A DNA stretch of 64,000 bases from Pseudomonadota bacterium (GTDB taxonomy: Bacteria; Pseudomonadota; Gammaproteobacteria; Burkholderiales; REEB80), in NCBI GenBank assembly GCA_018971485.1, contig JAGXAQ010000001.1, positions 131,371 to 195,370 on the forward strand, written 5' to 3'. The notes below the pieces were generated by a model that ran no database searches, was not told where the DNA came from, and was given only the letters and a program-made list of their open reading frames with translations. Within the stretch, counting starts at the first letter, position 1; each line of letters opens with the position of its first letter. The translations under genes were made by a program, and so were the position numbers. This document shows positions 20,109 through 32,703 of the stretch, in pieces.

Positions 20109-23100
20109 ATGAACAAACCTGAATGGCTTAATGGCACACTTTACCAACCACAATTTGAGCAAGACAGTTGTGGCTTTGGCTTAATGGCACAAATGGACAA
20201 CCATCCAAGCCACTGGTTGGTCAAAACCGCTATTTCCTCTTTGGGTTGCCTGACACACAGGGGGGCCGTAGCCGCCGATGGGCTCTCAGGTGATGGCTGC
20301 GGCCTCATGTTCAAAAAACCTGATGCTTTTCTTCGGAAGGCTGCTTCTAAGTCAAATATTCACTTAGAACCAATTTATGCATGCGGAACTATATTTCTTA
20401 GCCAGAATACAGACTTGGCCAATAAAGCAAGGACAGCCATACTCTCAGCCCTTGTAAAACAGGGGTTGAACGATGCTGCATTCAGGATAGTACCAACCAA
20501 CCCCGAGGCTTGCGGTGCCTATGCATTGAATACCCTGCCAAAAATTGAACAAATCTTCGTCAACTGTCCACCAGGGCTCAGTGAACAAAGTTTTGAAAGA
20601 CGGCTTTATTGCGCCCGTAGATTGGCCGAAAAAACAATAGAGCCCCAAGATCCGGATTTCTACGTTACCTCCCTTAATGCAAGAACCCTATCTTATAAGG
20701 GATTGGTCATGCCATCCCAATTATCCGTATTTTACCCGGATTTATGTGACGAGGAATTTGCATCCAGCCTGGCCGTATATCATCAGCGTTTTTCGACAAA
20801 CACATGGCCACAGTGGCGACTTGCGCAACCATTTAGAATGCTTGCACATAACGGGGAAATCAATACCCTTCAGGGCAATCGTAACTGGTCACGCGCACGC
20901 GAAAATAAATTCTCATCTCAGGTTATCCCGAATTTTAAAGATATTTTACCTGTTGTCTCAATGAATGGGTCTGATTCACTTTCCCTGGACAATATGGTTG
21001 AAGGTTTGGTCATGGGAGGGCTTCCCCTGTTCCATGCGCTTCGTCTTGTCATACCTCCGGCATGGCAGAATGTTGAGCATATGGATCCTGATCTTCGAGC
21101 TTTTTATGAATACAACTCAAAGCATATGGAACCTTGGGATGGACCGGCTGGAATCGTACTAACTGATGGACGCTTTGGTGCTTGCATTCTGGATCGAAAC
21201 GGGTTACGGCCAGCCAGATATGTCATCACGAAAGATCGCTATTTTACGATCGCATCCGAAGCCGGGGTTTGGGACTATGAGCCTGAGAATGTATCAGCCA
21301 AGGGTCGTGTCAAGCCAGGTGAAATCATAGCCATCGATCTTGAATCAGGTCAGCTTTTATTATCACAGTCCATTGATATTAATCTAAAAACCCAAGCTCC
21401 TTATCGAGAGTGGCTCAAGCTTCATGCGCGACACGTTGGGCTTGGACCTGATGAGGATGCTCAGTTACCTCTGATGGATGAGCAATCACTAGTCTTACAT
21501 CAAAAACTCTTCAACTGCACCCTTGAAGAGCGCGATCAAATTCTTCGTGTACTGGCAGAAGAAGGCCAAGAAGCAACAGGTTCAATGGGGGATGACACGC
21601 CGATGGCTGTTCTTTCCCAACAAATTCGCCACCCCTCAGATTATCTGCGCCAACAGTTTGCCCAGGTAACCAACCCGCCAATAGATCCTATCCGGGAAGC
21701 GGTGGTCATGTCATTGAATACCTGCTTTGGGAAAGAGCTCAATCTATTTGAAGATACTCCACAACATGCAAAAAGACTTGAGATCAACTCTCCAGTATTA
21801 AGCCATGATAAATTCATTCTAATTACAGAGCAGAAGGATCCCGATTATAAATGCCAAAACCTGGATTTGTACTTTAATCCTGATATCCAGACACTTCGCG
21901 CAGCACTTGAACAGCTTGCTACTAATGCTATACAAGCAGTAAGAAATGGTGTGGTCATTATTGTTCTTAGCGATCGCTACCCACAAGCTGGAAAAATTGC
22001 TATTCCTTCTTTGTTTGCTACAGGTTGTGTTCATCATGCCTTGATTCAGTCTGGTTTACGTTGTGATGCCAATCTCGTCATTGAAACCGGCGCAGCTCGA
22101 GATCCACATCAAATTGCTTCACTTATCGGGTATGGCGCTACTGCAGTCTACCCTTATCTCGCCTACCAAATTATTGCAGAGATGGTAAAAAATACGGCCG
22201 GCCAACCCAGCCCGCCAGCAAAAGCGCTGGCAAACTACCGAAAGGGTATTAATAAGGGATTACTAAAAATTATCTCGAAAATGGGCATTTCCACCATTGC
22301 CAGTTATCGTGGCGCCCAACTTTATGAGGCTGTTGGTCTTCACGAAGAGGTTGTTAACACTTGTTTTCCTGGAACAGTAAGCCGAATTAGCGGAGCTAAC
22401 TTTGAAGATTTTGAAGCAGATCAGAAAACATTAGCCAAAATGGCCTATAATCCCCTCAAATCTGTCCGCCAAGGGGGGTTGCTTAAGTTTGTCTTTGGCG
22501 AGGAATACCACGCTTATAACCCTAACGTAGTTATGCAGCTTCAACGCGCTGTACAAGATGGTGACTATCAAGCCTTCTTAAAGTATTCGACCTCTGTTAA
22601 CGAAAGGCCCGTGGCCATGTTGCGCGATCTCATGCGTATACGGACTGATACCCGGCCAATACCAATTGAAGAAGTAGAACCGGTCGAAGCGATTCTTAAG
22701 CGATTTGACTCCGCTGGAATGAGCCTTGGGGCACTCTCCCCGGAAGCTCATGAGGCTTTGGCAGAGGGAATGAACCGTTTAGGTGGTCGATCCAATTCTG
22801 GCGAAGGGGGTGAAGATCCAAAACGCTATGGCACAATACGTACCTCAAAAATAAAACAGGTTGCTTCTGGTCGATTCGGTGTAACCCCTCACTATTTGGT
22901 CAACGCTGAAGTACTGCAAATAAAAATTGCCCAAGGCGCAAAACCAGGGGAGGGGGGACAATTACCCGGTGAAAAAGTCTCCCCGCTAATTGCACGGCTT
23001 CGTTGTTCTAAGCCTGGAATCTCTTTAATCTCTCCACCACCACATCATGACATATACTCCATTGAAGATCTTGCACAGCTGATTTTCGATTTAAAACAAG

Positions 23101-24563
23101 TCAACCCCCACGCTTTAGTATCGGTAAAACTGGTTGCAGAACCAGGTGTTGGCACCATCGCTGCAGGAGTAGCTAAAGCATATGCCGATCTTATTACCAT
23201 ATCTGGCTATGACGGTGGTACAGGGGCCAGCCCACTAACCTCAGTAAAATATGCGGGGACCCCTTGGGAACTCGGATTAACCGAGACACAGCAGGTCCTG
23301 CGGGCCAATGGATTACGCGGCCGGGTACGGGTACAAACGGATGGCGGACTCAAAACGGGACTTGACGTAATTAAAGCTGCAATCATGGGGGCAGAATCAT
23401 TTGGCTTTGGAACCGCTCCAATGATCGCTTTAGGCTGTAAATATTTACGCATATGCCATCTGAACAACTGCGCAACGGGAGTTGCAACTCAAGAGGCCCG
23501 TCTGAGATCAAAATATTTCATCGGCCTGCCAGATATGATCGTCAATTTTTTCACCTTTATGGCACAAGAAACTCGTGAATGTATGGCAAAGATTGGTGTA
23601 CGCAGCCTGAATGAGCTGATCGGGCGGTTTGATCTACTGGAACTAGCCGAAGGAACAAGCAAACGTCAAAAGAGACTTAGACTGGATGTATTGCTTAATT
23701 CAGGAAATATTCCGGATTCAGAGCCCCGGTATTGTATTCAAGCATCAAATCCATCCTTTGACAAAGGAGAGCTAGCGGAAAAAATGCTTGTTGATAATCT
23801 TCAGGCTATTCAAACAAAGCAACCCATCGTTAGCCACTACAAAATCAAAAATACCAACCGATCCATCGGTGCAAGACTCTCAGGTGAAATTGCTCGACTC
23901 CATGGAGCAAATGGACTGCCAGACAATTGTATCCATATCAAGCTAGAAGGACATGCAGGCCAAAGCTTTGGAGTATGGAATGCACAAGGTCTCAATCTTG
24001 AACTTGAAGGCGATGCAAATGATTATGTTGGCAAAGGGATGTCAGGCGGCCTGATATGTATTTATCCACCAAAATCATCAACCTATATTGCGCATGAAAG
24101 CATCATTATAGGAAATACCTGCCTCTATGGCGCAACAGGTGGACGACTTCATGCTTCAGGAATTGCAGGCGAGCGTTTTGCCGTGCGTAACTCTGGGGCT
24201 ATTGCAGTCATTGAAGGTGTGGGGGATCATGGATGCGAATACATGACCGGAGGCTGTATCATCGTTCTAGGTGAAACCGGTTTGAATTTTGGGGCAGGCA
24301 TGACAGGAGGGTTCGCTTTTGTCTATGACCACTCAGGCCAGTTTGTTTATCGATACAATAATGAACTTATCGATATTCATTCAATTAATACTGAAGCAAC
24401 TGAGCCTTACCGCCATTTCTTACGGGAACAAATCGAACGGCACCTTACACTGACAAGAAGTACCAGAGCAGAAAATCTCTTAAAACATTTCGATGATGAA
24501 ATTGGTCATTTCTGGCTAGTTAAACCCAAAGCCGCAAAGCTTGACAGCTTACTGCAAGGCTAG
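20109..24563 (+). CDS. gltB: glutamate synthase large subunit
   Basis: About 1484 aa. Ntn amidotransferase Cys in QDSCGFG, central FMN/Fe-S domains and a C-terminal GXGXG beta-helix domain. The ATG at 20109 is preferred over the TTG at 20103. Confidence 0.95.
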   Translation: MNKPEWLNGTLYQPQFEQDSCGFGLMAQMDNHPSHWLVKTAISSLGCLTHRGAVAADGLSGDGCGLMFKKPDAFLRKAASKSNIHLEPIYACGTIFLSQNTDLANKARTAILSALVKQGLNDAAFRIVPTNPEACGAYALNTLPKIEQIFVNCPPGLSEQSFERRLYCARRLAEKTIEPQDPDFYVTSLNARTLSYKGLVMPSQLSVFYPDLCDEEFASSLAVYHQRFSTNTWPQWRLAQPFRMLAHNGEINTLQGNRNWSRARENKFSSQVIPNFKDILPVVSMNGSDSLSLDNMVEGLVMGGLPLFHALRLVIPPAWQNVEHMDPDLRAFYEYNSKHMEPWDGPAGIVLTDGRFGACILDRNGLRPARYVITKDRYFTIASEAGVWDYEPENVSAKGRVKPGEIIAIDLESGQLLLSQSIDINLKTQAPYREWLKLHARHVGLGPDEDAQLPLMDEQSLVLHQKLFNCTLEERDQILRVLAEEGQEATGSMGDDTPMAVLSQQIRHPSDYLRQQFAQVTNPPIDPIREAVVMSLNTCFGKELNLFEDTPQHAKRLEINSPVLSHDKFILITEQKDPDYKCQNLDLYFNPDIQTLRAALEQLATNAIQAVRNGVVIIVLSDRYPQAGKIAIPSLFATGCVHHALIQSGLRCDANLVIETGAARDPHQIASLIGYGATAVYPYLAYQIIAEMVKNTAGQPSPPAKALANYRKGINKGLLKIISKMGISTIASYRGAQLYEAVGLHEEVVNTCFPGTVSRISGANFEDFEADQKTLAKMAYNPLKSVRQGGLLKFVFGEEYHAYNPNVVMQLQRAVQDGDYQAFLKYSTSVNERPVAMLRDLMRIRTDTRPIPIEEVEPVEAILKRFDSAGMSLGALSPEAHEALAEGMNRLGGRSNSGEGGEDPKRYGTIRTSKIKQVASGRFGVTPHYLVNAEVLQIKIAQGAKPGEGGQLPGEKVSPLIARLRCSKPGISLISPPPHHDIYSIEDLAQLIFDLKQVNPHALVSVKLVAEPGVGTIAAGVAKAYADLITISGYDGGTGASPLTSVKYAGTPWELGLTETQQVLRANGLRGRVRVQTDGGLKTGLDVIKAAIMGAESFGFGTAPMIALGCKYLRICHLNNCATGVATQEARLRSKYFIGLPDMIVNFFTFMAQETRECMAKIGVRSLNELIGRFDLLELAEGTSKRQKRLRLDVLLNSGNIPDSEPRYCIQASNPSFDKGELAEKMLVDNLQAIQTKQPIVSHYKIKNTNRSIGARLSGEIARLHGANGLPDNCIHIKLEGHAGQSFGVWNAQGLNLELEGDANDYVGKGMSGGLICIYPPKSSTYIAHESIIIGNTCLYGATGGRLHASGIAGERFAVRNSGAIAVIEGVGDHGCEYMTGGCIIVLGETGLNFGAGMTGGFAFVYDHSGQFVYRYNNELIDIHSINTEATEPYRHFLREQIERHLTLTRSTRAENLLKHFDDEIGHFWLVKPKAAKLDSLLQG

Positions 24564-24610
24564 GCCAGGTTCGACAGCAAAATGTTCTCTGCACTTTAAC
24601 TTTATAATAG

Positions 24611-26040
<1,430 letters not shown>

Positions 26041-26041
<1 letters not shown>

Positions 26042-27105
26042 TGTCCGAATCAAATCATGTATTTTTAAAAGCACTCAAACGCGAGCCAGTTCCATATACA
26101 CCCGTCTGGATGATGCGACAGGCAGGGCGATACTTACCTGAATACAACGCCACCCGGGCACGTGCAGGCAGTTTTATGGGTTTATGCAAAAACCCGGATT
26201 TTTGCACAGAAGTTACCTTGCAGCCCCTTGATCGTTATCCGCTAGATGCTGCTATTCTTTTTTCTGATATCTTAACTATCCCGGATGCAATGGGCCTTGA
26301 GCTGACGTTTTCTGAAGGGGAAGGACCTCGTTTTTGTCATCCACTCCAGGATGAAGCATCCATACTCAAAACCAAAGCACCCGACCCTGACTGCCTCAAG
26401 TTTGTCATGGACGCCGTTTCCATGATACGGAAAGCACTACAAAACAGGGTACCCCTTATAGGTTTTTCTGGCAGCCCATTTACTTTAGCCTGCTATATGA
26501 TTGAAGGACGAGGCAATACGGATTTTTGTTTGGCGCGTAGCCTGCTTTATCGCAGACCAGACCTCATGCATTATCTCCTTCAGGTTAACACTGAGGCAAT
26601 TACTACCTACCTTCAAGGACAAATTTCCTGTGGTGCTCAGGCAATCATGATTTTCGACACCTGGGGAGGACTATTAACCGAACCCAACTATCTCACGTTT
26701 TCGCTTGCATACCTCCATAAAATTATTCAGGCTGTTCAAAGCCACGAAAATACGTCCAAAATTCCTATCATCCTTTACACGAAGGGGGGCGGTGCCTGGC
26801 TTGAAGCGATGAGTACAACCGGAGCTGACTGTCTTGGTCTAGACTGGACTTTACCGCTTAGCCAAGCGCGAAAAAGAGTAGGCCATCAAGTAGCGCTTCA
26901 AGGCAACCTTGACCCCATGGTACTACTTTCATCGCCAACCATCATTGAAAGTCATGTTTCCAATATTCTAGCCGAATTTGGCATCGGAAATGGCCATATT
27001 TTCAACTTAGGTCATGGCATTGACCGCCACACTCCACCTGAACATGCAGCTGTATTAATAGATGCCGTTCACAGACTCAGCATTCCCTACCATCATAAAA
27101 CCTAA
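26041..27105 (+). CDS. hemE: uroporphyrinogen decarboxylase
   Basis: [15 protein letters not shown] signature. TAATG stop/start overlap with gltD. Confidence 0.95.
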
Positions 27106-27203
27106 TAGCTCGCCTACAACTCCTTGTGTTCCGCAAGGAGTACGTTACAGTCACGTCATACAACCTTTAACCTGAATTCTTAAAAAGGAACTACACCATT
27201 ATC

Positions 27204-29393
27204 ATGGCAGTTATACGAGTTGCCCTTGATATACCCGTATATGACCTATTCGACTACCTGATTGCTGATAATGAACCTATTAGCATAGGTGATCGTGTTA
27301 TTGTGCCATTCGGTCATCGAAAATTAAGCGGGATTGTCTTGGAAATAAGCACCAGCTCAAAAATCACCCAAGAACGACTGAAAACCATAATAAATATTCC
27401 TAAGGATATGCCCCCTTTAATGGGGGACATTATCAATCTGGCAAAATTTTGTTCAAGTTATTACCATCAACCCATTGGTGAAGTAGTACATGCTGCTCTA
27501 CCAACCATCATGCGGAAAAATCAACCTTATCAATCCCGAATATCCGAGGAATGGCTATACGCTGATCTTAAGAATGAACTCCTTCCAAAACTCAGCCGTT
27601 CCCCTGCCAAACTAAAACTTTATGAGGCACTAAAAAAGAAACCGCTCAATAAAATAGAAATCCAGAATATAGGGGGAGGACATGCCATCAAATCCCTTAA
27701 AATCTGGGAACAGCAAGGATATGTAACGCGTCGACCCATTGCACCTGCAAGTGCTCCTACTGACGTATCAACCCAATTTCAACCTGATGTTGCACCTGAA
27801 CTCAATCCAGAACAAAAACAGGCTATTGACTCAATCAGCCAGGAATTCAATCAGTTTATTGTCTGGCTACTTCAAGGCATAACAGGAAGCGGAAAAACTG
27901 AAATTTATTTACGATTAATCGAGAAAGCAATCCAGGCTGAAAAACAGGTGCTGATGATGGTGCCTGAAATCAATTTAACACCTCAGCTTAGTCAGCGAAT
28001 ACAGGCCAGGTTTTCATCGGCCCACATGGTTAACCTTCATAGTGGACTGACTGCCCAGGACCGTTTCCAGAACTGGATGCAAGCACAGTCAGGTTTTGCA
28101 AGCATCATACTTACAACCCGGTTGGGGGTCTTTACCCCTCTACCCAGACTCGGTCTTATTATTATTGATGAAGAACATGATCCCTCTTATAAACAACAAG
28201 AGGGGATACGCTACCATGCAAGAGATGTTGCAATTATGAGAGGAAAAAGTGCAAAAATTCCAGTTCTTCTTGGATCTGCAACACCCTCTCTTGAATCCTT
28301 GGCCAATGTAGGACAAGCACGTTACCGGCATCTCCTGGTTTCCACCCGCGCGAATCCCGAATCAAAATTACCCCGGGTTTCTCTTGTTGATCTTCGTTCA
28401 ATTCAACTGAACGATGGGCTTTCAGATCAAGTAATCCGAGCCATTCAGCTTCGAATTGAACGCGGTGAACAAAGTATGCTATTCCTGAATAGGCGCGGAT
28501 TTGCTCCTGTGCTGTACTGTCCAGGATGTGGCTGGATCAGTCCATGCAAACGGTGCTCAAGCAATATGGTTGTTCATTTATATCAAAAAACACTGCACTG
28601 CCATCACTGTGGCACTGTTGAACCCATACCTTCATCTTGTCCTGAATGTGGTGAACTTGACCTACGACCGATTGGTATGGGAACCCAACGACTGGAAACA
28701 AACCTATCTAAGCTTTTTCCTCAAGCCCGCATACTGCGAATTGATCGGGATAATACACAAGGAAAAAACATATTCAACCAGATATTTAACCGTATTGCTA
28801 TGGGAGATGTCGATATTATTTTAGGTACCCAAATGCTAACAAAAGGCCATGATTTCCCTAAATTAACCCTTGTTATCATATTAAATGCAGACTCCATGTT
28901 GTTTAGCTCTGATTTCAGAGCACAAGAACGATTGTTCACACAATTAATGCAGGTTTCAGGTCGTTCAGGACGTGCCCATCTAGCTGGTGAAGTTCTCATT
29001 CAAACCAGCTTCCCTGCTCACCCTATTTTTAGGGCCGTTCAGTCTCAGGACTTTTCAACATTCGCACATACCCTGCTTTCTGAAAGAAAAAACCTGGGGT
29101 TCCCCCCCTACACATTCTTAGCTGTACTGAAGGCGGAAGCGTCAGAGCTTGCTATTGCACTCCGGTTTCTTAAAGAGGTTCAAGACATGGCAAAATCAAG
29201 CCATTCAAAAGTTACAATATTTGATCCTGTGCCAACATTTATGTACCGACGAAAAAACAGGGAATATGCCCAGCTTCTCATGCAAGCCAACCAGCGAACT
29301 GATCTGCACCAGCTTTTATCACGGCTGCTTAGGCAATTACCCCGTCATAAGGAAGTCAAATGGCACATAGACATTGATCCCGTCGAAGTCTAG
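27204..29393 (+). CDS. priA: primosomal protein N' (replication restart helicase)
   Basis: Walker A GITGSGKTE, DEEH box IIDEEHD, and a Cys-rich zinc insertion (CPGC..CKRC..CHHC..CPEC). Confidence 0.94.
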   Translation: MAVIRVALDIPVYDLFDYLIADNEPISIGDRVIVPFGHRKLSGIVLEISTSSKITQERLKTIINIPKDMPPLMGDIINLAKFCSSYYHQPIGEVVHAALPTIMRKNQPYQSRISEEWLYADLKNELLPKLSRSPAKLKLYEALKKKPLNKIEIQNIGGGHAIKSLKIWEQQGYVTRRPIAPASAPTDVSTQFQPDVAPELNPEQKQAIDSISQEFNQFIVWLLQGITGSGKTEIYLRLIEKAIQAEKQVLMMVPEINLTPQLSQRIQARFSSAHMVNLHSGLTAQDRFQNWMQAQSGFASIILTTRLGVFTPLPRLGLIIIDEEHDPSYKQQEGIRYHARDVAIMRGKSAKIPVLLGSATPSLESLANVGQARYRHLLVSTRANPESKLPRVSLVDLRSIQLNDGLSDQVIRAIQLRIERGEQSMLFLNRRGFAPVLYCPGCGWISPCKRCSSNMVVHLYQKTLHCHHCGTVEPIPSSCPECGELDLRPIGMGTQRLETNLSKLFPQARILRIDRDNTQGKNIFNQIFNRIAMGDVDIILGTQMLTKGHDFPKLTLVIILNADSMLFSSDFRAQERLFTQLMQVSGRSGRAHLAGEVLIQTSFPAHPIFRAVQSQDFSTFAHTLLSERKNLGFPPYTFLAVLKAEASELAIALRFLKEVQDMAKSSHSKVTIFDPVPTFMYRRKNREYAQLLMQANQRTDLHQLLSRLLRQLPRHKEVKWHIDIDPVEV

Positions 29394-29446
29394 GAAACCA
29401 AAACCAACTTAAAAATGCTAAAATAAAGTTTTTTTGAGTCCGTCCC

Positions 29447-31177
29447 TTGAAACAACATCTTATCAACTTACTCAATCATGCCCTTTCGTCTGTCTATGCA
29501 CACGTAACTGGACTAGAGTTTAGCGTTGAGCGGCCCAAACAGGCCTCACATGGTGATTATGCCACCAACCTTGCAATGCTCCTTGCCAAACAGGTCAGGG
29601 CATCACCAAGGGAAGTGGCTCAGGCCCTTATATCTGCTTTACCCGCGTCTACCCTAATTTCTAGTATTGAAATAGCAGGTGCAGGCTTCATTAACTTTAC
29701 ACTTACCCATCAGGCCAGGGCACAAGTGATTCACGATATTCTCCAGCTCAAGGAATCGTTTGGAAGAGCCCCCCGAAAAACCAGAAAGGTATTGATAGAG
29801 TATGTATCAGCCAACCCGACTGGCCCGTTACATGTCGGACATGGCAGAGGAGCAGCATATGGCGCAAGCCTGTCTAATCTTCTCGATGCTGCAGGTTATG
29901 ATGTATATCAGGAGTACTATGTCAATGATGCCGGGCGGCAAATGGATATCCTGGCACTGTCAACATGGCTACGCTATCTTGAACAGTCAGGAATTAACCT
30001 GGCCTTTCCGGGGAACGCCTATCAAGGAGAATATGTAAAACAAATGGGGGAAACCCTGGCGAGTCGTGACGGAACCAAATACCTAGTATCGGAGTCTGAA
30101 TTTACTGCCAAACTAAATACTGAAGATCCAGAATCAGGGATTGATAGATATATAGCCGAAATGAAACGTCTTCTTGGTACTAACTACGGTTACGTTCATC
30201 AATTTTCACTCGAAACACAATTAGCCAGCTGCCGCAGCGATCTTGAAGACTTTGGGGTAAAATTTGATAACTGGTTTTCAGAAGAAACATTAATCGCCTC
30301 AGGCAAGGTTGATGCAGCAATCAAGAAGCTTGGGGAGGGGGGCCATCTTTACGAATCAAAAGGGGCGCTCTGGTTTAAATCTACAGCTTTTGGAGACGAA
30401 AAGGATCGTGTCATCCGACGCGAAAATGGTCAAACTACTTATTTTGCATCTGATATTGCCTATCATCTGGATAAGTTTGAACGTGAATTCGACCAAATGA
30501 TCAATATTTGGGGAGCCGATCATCATGGGTACATTGCTCGCGTAAAAGGCGCCTTAAAAGCAATGGGGCTTGAATCCAATCGACTGGAAATTGCACTAGT
30601 GCAATTTGCTATCCTCTGGAGAGGGAAAGAAAAAGTGCCAATGTCCACCCGTAGTGGTCAATTCATCACCCTAAGAGACCTCTGTAATGAAGTAGGACAT
30701 GATGCAGCGCGGTTTTTTTACATCCTTAGAAAATCTGATCAGCATCTTGACTTCGATCTTGAACTCGCCAAGACCCAAAAAAATGATAATCCGGTTTATT
30801 ATATCCAGTATGCTCACGCCAGGATTTGCAGCGTAATGGAATTGGCTCGAAACCAGCCTTCGACCATCCCTGGAGAAAAAGAACTAGCGCTACTTACAAG
30901 CCCATATGAACAGAATATAATGAAGCGACTTGCAGATTATCCGGCCATAATTGAATCAGCCGGCTCAGATTTTTCTCCTCATCTGATAGCCTATTATCTA
31001 CGCGATCTAGCGGCAGAACTGCACAGCTATTATAATGCTGTTCAATTCCTGGTCGGCGATATCCCCCTTCGATCAGCACGGCTTGCACTCATTATTGCTA
31101 TCGCACAGGTTTTAAGGAATGGTCTAAATCTTCTTGGTGTTAGCGCACCAGAACGCATGCAACAACCTAATGATTAA
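29447..31177 (+). CDS. argS: arginine--tRNA ligase
   Basis: Class I HIGH-type motif PTGPLHVGHGRGA and KMSKS-like MSTRSG. TTG start, with no in-frame ATG nearby. Confidence 0.94.
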   Translation: MKQHLINLLNHALSSVYAHVTGLEFSVERPKQASHGDYATNLAMLLAKQVRASPREVAQALISALPASTLISSIEIAGAGFINFTLTHQARAQVIHDILQLKESFGRAPRKTRKVLIEYVSANPTGPLHVGHGRGAAYGASLSNLLDAAGYDVYQEYYVNDAGRQMDILALSTWLRYLEQSGINLAFPGNAYQGEYVKQMGETLASRDGTKYLVSESEFTAKLNTEDPESGIDRYIAEMKRLLGTNYGYVHQFSLETQLASCRSDLEDFGVKFDNWFSEETLIASGKVDAAIKKLGEGGHLYESKGALWFKSTAFGDEKDRVIRRENGQTTYFASDIAYHLDKFEREFDQMINIWGADHHGYIARVKGALKAMGLESNRLEIALVQFAILWRGKEKVPMSTRSGQFITLRDLCNEVGHDAARFFYILRKSDQHLDFDLELAKTQKNDNPVYYIQYAHARICSVMELARNQPSTIPGEKELALLTSPYEQNIMKRLADYPAIIESAGSDFSPHLIAYYLRDLAAELHSYYNAVQFLVGDIPLRSARLALIIAIAQVLRNGLNLLGVSAPERMQQPND

Positions 31178-31187
31178 TGAGGGAAAA

Positions 31188-31817
31188 ATGAGCCGTGATT
31201 ATAAAACTCCCGTTAGAAACAACCCCAAGAAAACAGCCAACCCGCTGATAGTTGGATTAATCCTAGGTATCCTTCTTGGACTTTTACTGGCAGGAGGTAC
31301 AATTGCACTGTTTACAAGCTTACTAAAACCATTTGAACACCCAAATGTATCTACAGTACCATCAAGCCTGCAATCCAAAACAACCCCCTCCTCAGCAAAA
31401 CCCATTCAAGGAGAAGCCGAACAATCGGATAATCCCAAGCTTGATTTTTATACTATTCTTCCCCAGAAAACCGAAATGCCATCTAGCGGACCTAGCTCGA
31501 CAGGCGCTACGAAGCAACCTTCCATCTCTGCTGGCATAACGCCGCCAACGGGTACAGCTTTGACTCCAACCAAACAGCTAGCTTATCTTCAAGTCGGGGC
31601 TTACAAGAATAAGGATGAAGCCAACAATATAAAAATTCGCCTTGCTTTGCTCGGCATTGAAGCAAAGATTAAAACAGTAACGCTACCTGATGGTAGCGTT
31701 TGGCATCGGGTCAGAGTAGGCCCTATAAGCAGCAAGGAAAAGGTCAAAGCCCTTCAAAAACTTCTCGGTAAGAATAATATCCATACCACTGTCATCAAAA
31801 AGACTCTTTCAAACTAA
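31188..31817 (+). CDS. SPOR domain-containing membrane protein
   Basis: The ATG at 31188 has a GAGGGA RBS, whereas the track start at 31134 overlaps argS. One TM, a Pro/Ser/Thr-rich linker and a C-terminal SPOR fold (YLQVGAYKNKDEANNIKIRLALLG...WHRVRVGP). Confidence 0.85.
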   Translation: MSRDYKTPVRNNPKKTANPLIVGLILGILLGLLLAGGTIALFTSLLKPFEHPNVSTVPSSLQSKTTPSSAKPIQGEAEQSDNPKLDFYTILPQKTEMPSSGPSSTGATKQPSISAGITPPTGTALTPTKQLAYLQVGAYKNKDEANNIKIRLALLGIEAKIKTVTLPDGSVWHRVRVGPISSKEKVKALQKLLGKNNIHTTVIKKTLSN

Positions 31818-32593
31818 CTTGCCTGAAGAGCCTCCTCTATTATCCCGCGCTGGAGCAACTCCTCAGTTAAATCACCATAATCCTTAGCCCCTGAGCTATG
31901 GGGTGCATAAGAAAAAATATCCTTGGCATAAAGTGGCGCCTCAGCAAGGCTTACATTTTCCCGAATAATTGTTTTACACAACCTGTCTCCATACCGTTCT
32001 TGTAGTTGCTGGCCTATCTGTTGAGAAAACCTGCGTCTTGCATCATAGCGCGTCAAAAGCACATGTTTCCGTATTGATCGGCCCAACGCATTTTCTATCA
32101 CTGCAACAGCCCGATCTAAACGATTTGCACCCATAAATGATAAATAATCCGCAGAAACCGGCAAAAGCAACCATTTTGAGGCAAAGAGCGCATTAAGGGA
32201 GAGAACTCCTAGCATTGGGCAACAATCAATCAAAACTGGATCAGGCCCTATTAGGGCATCCTCAAGCAAACCTTCCTTTAACCGTTTTGCAATATGGGGG
32301 GTCTTGCCATACAAGGTATCCACTTTTGAAAGTTCAAAGTGGGCGGGAATCAACCTTATTCCATCATCAAGTTTCAAGATAAGCGGATCAAGTGGCTTTT
32401 TGTCCAAAAAGAAAGAAGCTATCGTTTTTTCAACTGGAAGGTTTGTGCACCCTAAAGAAATCGTCAAATTAGCCTGAGGATCAAGGTCGAGAACCAAAGG
32501 GTTGAATCCTTTACGTGCCAATCCAGCAGCCAGATTTAGGCACGTCGTAGTTTTGCCTACACCCCCTTTTTGATTGAACACGGCTATAATCAT
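31814..32593 (-). CDS. orphan ParA/MinD-family ATPase
   Basis: Deviant Walker A NQKGGVGKTT right after the MIIAVF start (ATG 32593, preferred over the TTG at 32647), then DLDPQ. No ParB-like gene is adjacent. Confidence 0.85.
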   Translation of the reverse strand: MIIAVFNQKGGVGKTTTCLNLAAGLARKGFNPLVLDLDPQANLTISLGCTNLPVEKTIASFFLDKKPLDPLILKLDDGIRLIPAHFELSKVDTLYGKTPHIAKRLKEGLLEDALIGPDPVLIDCCPMLGVLSLNALFASKWLLLPVSADYLSFMGANRLDRAVAVIENALGRSIRKHVLLTRYDARRRFSQQIGQQLQERYGDRLCKTIIRENVSLAEAPLYAKDIFSYAPHSSGAKDYGDLTEELLQRGIIEEALQAS

Positions 32594-32703
32594 AATTTTC
32601 CGTGATAACAGCAAGTTATTGTATTTATCAACGTCTCTCCGTGCCAATAGGCAAAGCGGGTCAAAGCCGGCATGAAATTAACCCAGATACTTTTGTTGTT
32701 TGT

